Source of the DNA: a bacterium
GTDB taxonomy: Bacteria; Patescibacteriota; Dojkabacteria; SC72
Direction of reading: 5' to 3'
DNA: 64,000 nucleotides
Assembly: GCA_021108295.1 (NCBI GenBank)
Contig: JAIORF010000005.1
Coordinates: 8,531 to 72,530, forward strand
This document shows, one piece after another, positions 63,060 to 64,000 of this stretch. Position numbers and translations under genes: made by a program. Under the pieces are notes generated by a model, which was given only the letters and a program-made list of their open reading frames with translations, did no database searches and had not been told where the DNA came from. Position 1 is the stretch's first letter; every line of letters begins with the position of its first letter.

Positions 63060-64000
63060 TTACTGACGTAGATGTCTTCTACAAGTATCTATTTTTTCTC
63101 TAAATCTATTATCTTCCTCCATTTTTTTCTCAATCTTAGCGCAGGCATGTAATACTGTAGTATGGTCTTTTCTATTCACTTCTCTAGCGACCTTTTCTAG
63201 AGGGAGCTCTAATTCAACACGTAGGATATACATAACTATTTGTCGAGAGAGAGCAATATATGCAGTTCTCTTACTCCCCTTTATCTCAGAAGGTTTGACA
63301 TCAAAAACATTAGAAACGACATCAATAACTTTCTTTGGGGTAATCTTCTTTCTCTTACTGTCAAGATCTACCTGCAATATCTTTGCGGCCTCTTCGTAGG
63401 AAGGTAGCTCACCTAGTCTTGATAAAGAGAGAAGCTTATTCAAAGCACCTTCTAACTCTCTGACATTACTCTCAATGTTTTTGGATATTAAATCTAAATA
63501 CTCATTTGGCATTTCTAAATTCTTTTCATCTACTATTTGTTGGAGTATAGCCATACGAGTTTCGTAATCAGGAGCTCCAATATCTGCTACCATACCACCT
63601 TCAAACCTAGACCTTAAACGATCAGTTAGATTCTTAATCTCACTAGGGGGTCTATCGGCAGCCAATATTATCTGTTTGTTAGACTGATACAAGGTATTGA
63701 ATGTATGGAAAAGAGCCTCTTGAGTTTTAGGATATGTTTCAACAAATTGAATATCATCAATGATTAACAAGTCTACTTGCCTATATTTATCTCTAAACTC
63801 TTGATCTTTTTTAGACCGGATACTTGCAATGAGCTCATTGAGGAATTGTTCTATTGAAACATACACAACCTCTTTTTTATAATCGTTTTTAATAACTTCA
63901 TTACCTATCGCTTGCATTAAATGAGTCTTTCCTACTCCAGTATTACCGTAAAAGAAGACAGGGTTGTAGAGAGAACCCAACTCTTCAACTACAGCTCTAG
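63060..64000 (-). CDS. dnaA: Chromosomal replication initiator DnaA (domains III-IV). The N-terminus runs off the right edge of the window.
   Basis: ...LYNPVFFYGNTGVGKTHLMQAIGN (Walker A), LLIIDDIQFV (Walker B), ...RDHTTVLHACAKIEK (domain IV DNA-binding helix). The reading frame stays open upstream of the annotated Met to position 64000. Confidence 0.9.
   Translation of the reverse strand, partial: RAVVEELGSLYNPVFFYGNTGVGKTHLMQAIGNEVIKNDYKKEVVYVSIEQFLNELIASIRSKKDQEFRDKYRQVDLLIIDDIQFVETYPKTQEALFHTFNTLYQSNKQIILAADRPPSEIKNLTDRLRSRFEGGMVADIGAPDYETRMAILQQIVDEKNLEMPNEYLDLISKNIESNVRELEGALNKLLSLSRLGELPSYEEAAKILQVDLDSKRKKITPKKVIDVVSNVFDVKPSEIKGSKRTAYIALSRQIVMYILRVELELPLEKVAREVNRKDHTTVLHACAKIEKKMEEDNRFREKIDTCRRHLRQ

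Overview
This is an AT-rich, gene-dense window that looks like a Candidate Phyla Radiation / Patescibacteria-type chromosome. It includes the replication origin region at its right end: dnaN, an AT-rich gap with DnaA-box-like 9-mers, and the 3' part of dnaA running off the window. Housekeeping content: tRNA-fMet (initiator features), tRNA-Ile with a UAU anticodon, tRNA-Ser(GCU), tRNA-Ser(CGA), tmRNA (ssrA), smpB, nfo, a TrmH/SpoU methyltransferase, a GNAT acetyltransferase, an FtsB/DivIC-like protein, a Xer-like tyrosine recombinase, an OmpR-family response regulator and a heterodimeric ABC exporter pair. About 40% of the window (2.6-29.5 kb, all on the minus strand) is four giant modular secreted proteins (2838, 3586, 910 and 1192 aa). 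They are built from shared repeat modules and resemble phage tail fibres: Hep_Hag-like S-x-A-x-G heptads, and in three of the four a C-terminal intramolecular-chaperone (Peptidase_S74-type) domain. A BRO-N (phage antirepressor-like) gene sits among them, and there are extensive near-identical DNA repeats, including a duplicated promoter/5'UTR/N-terminal export module. Immediately upstream on the same strand is a candidate cohesin-dockerin gene pair. A second cluster (34.7-44.8 kb) looks like a CPR-type T4SS-like apparatus: five tandem TrbC/VirB2-like pilin paralogs, a SpoIID/LytB peptidoglycan-remodelling protein, membrane proteins, and a VirD4/VirB4-family ATPase, with smpB embedded. Two tandem LamG/concanavalin-like lectin paralogs with poly-acidic tracts lie next to the ABC exporter. 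All calls are from reading motifs by eye; no searches were run.
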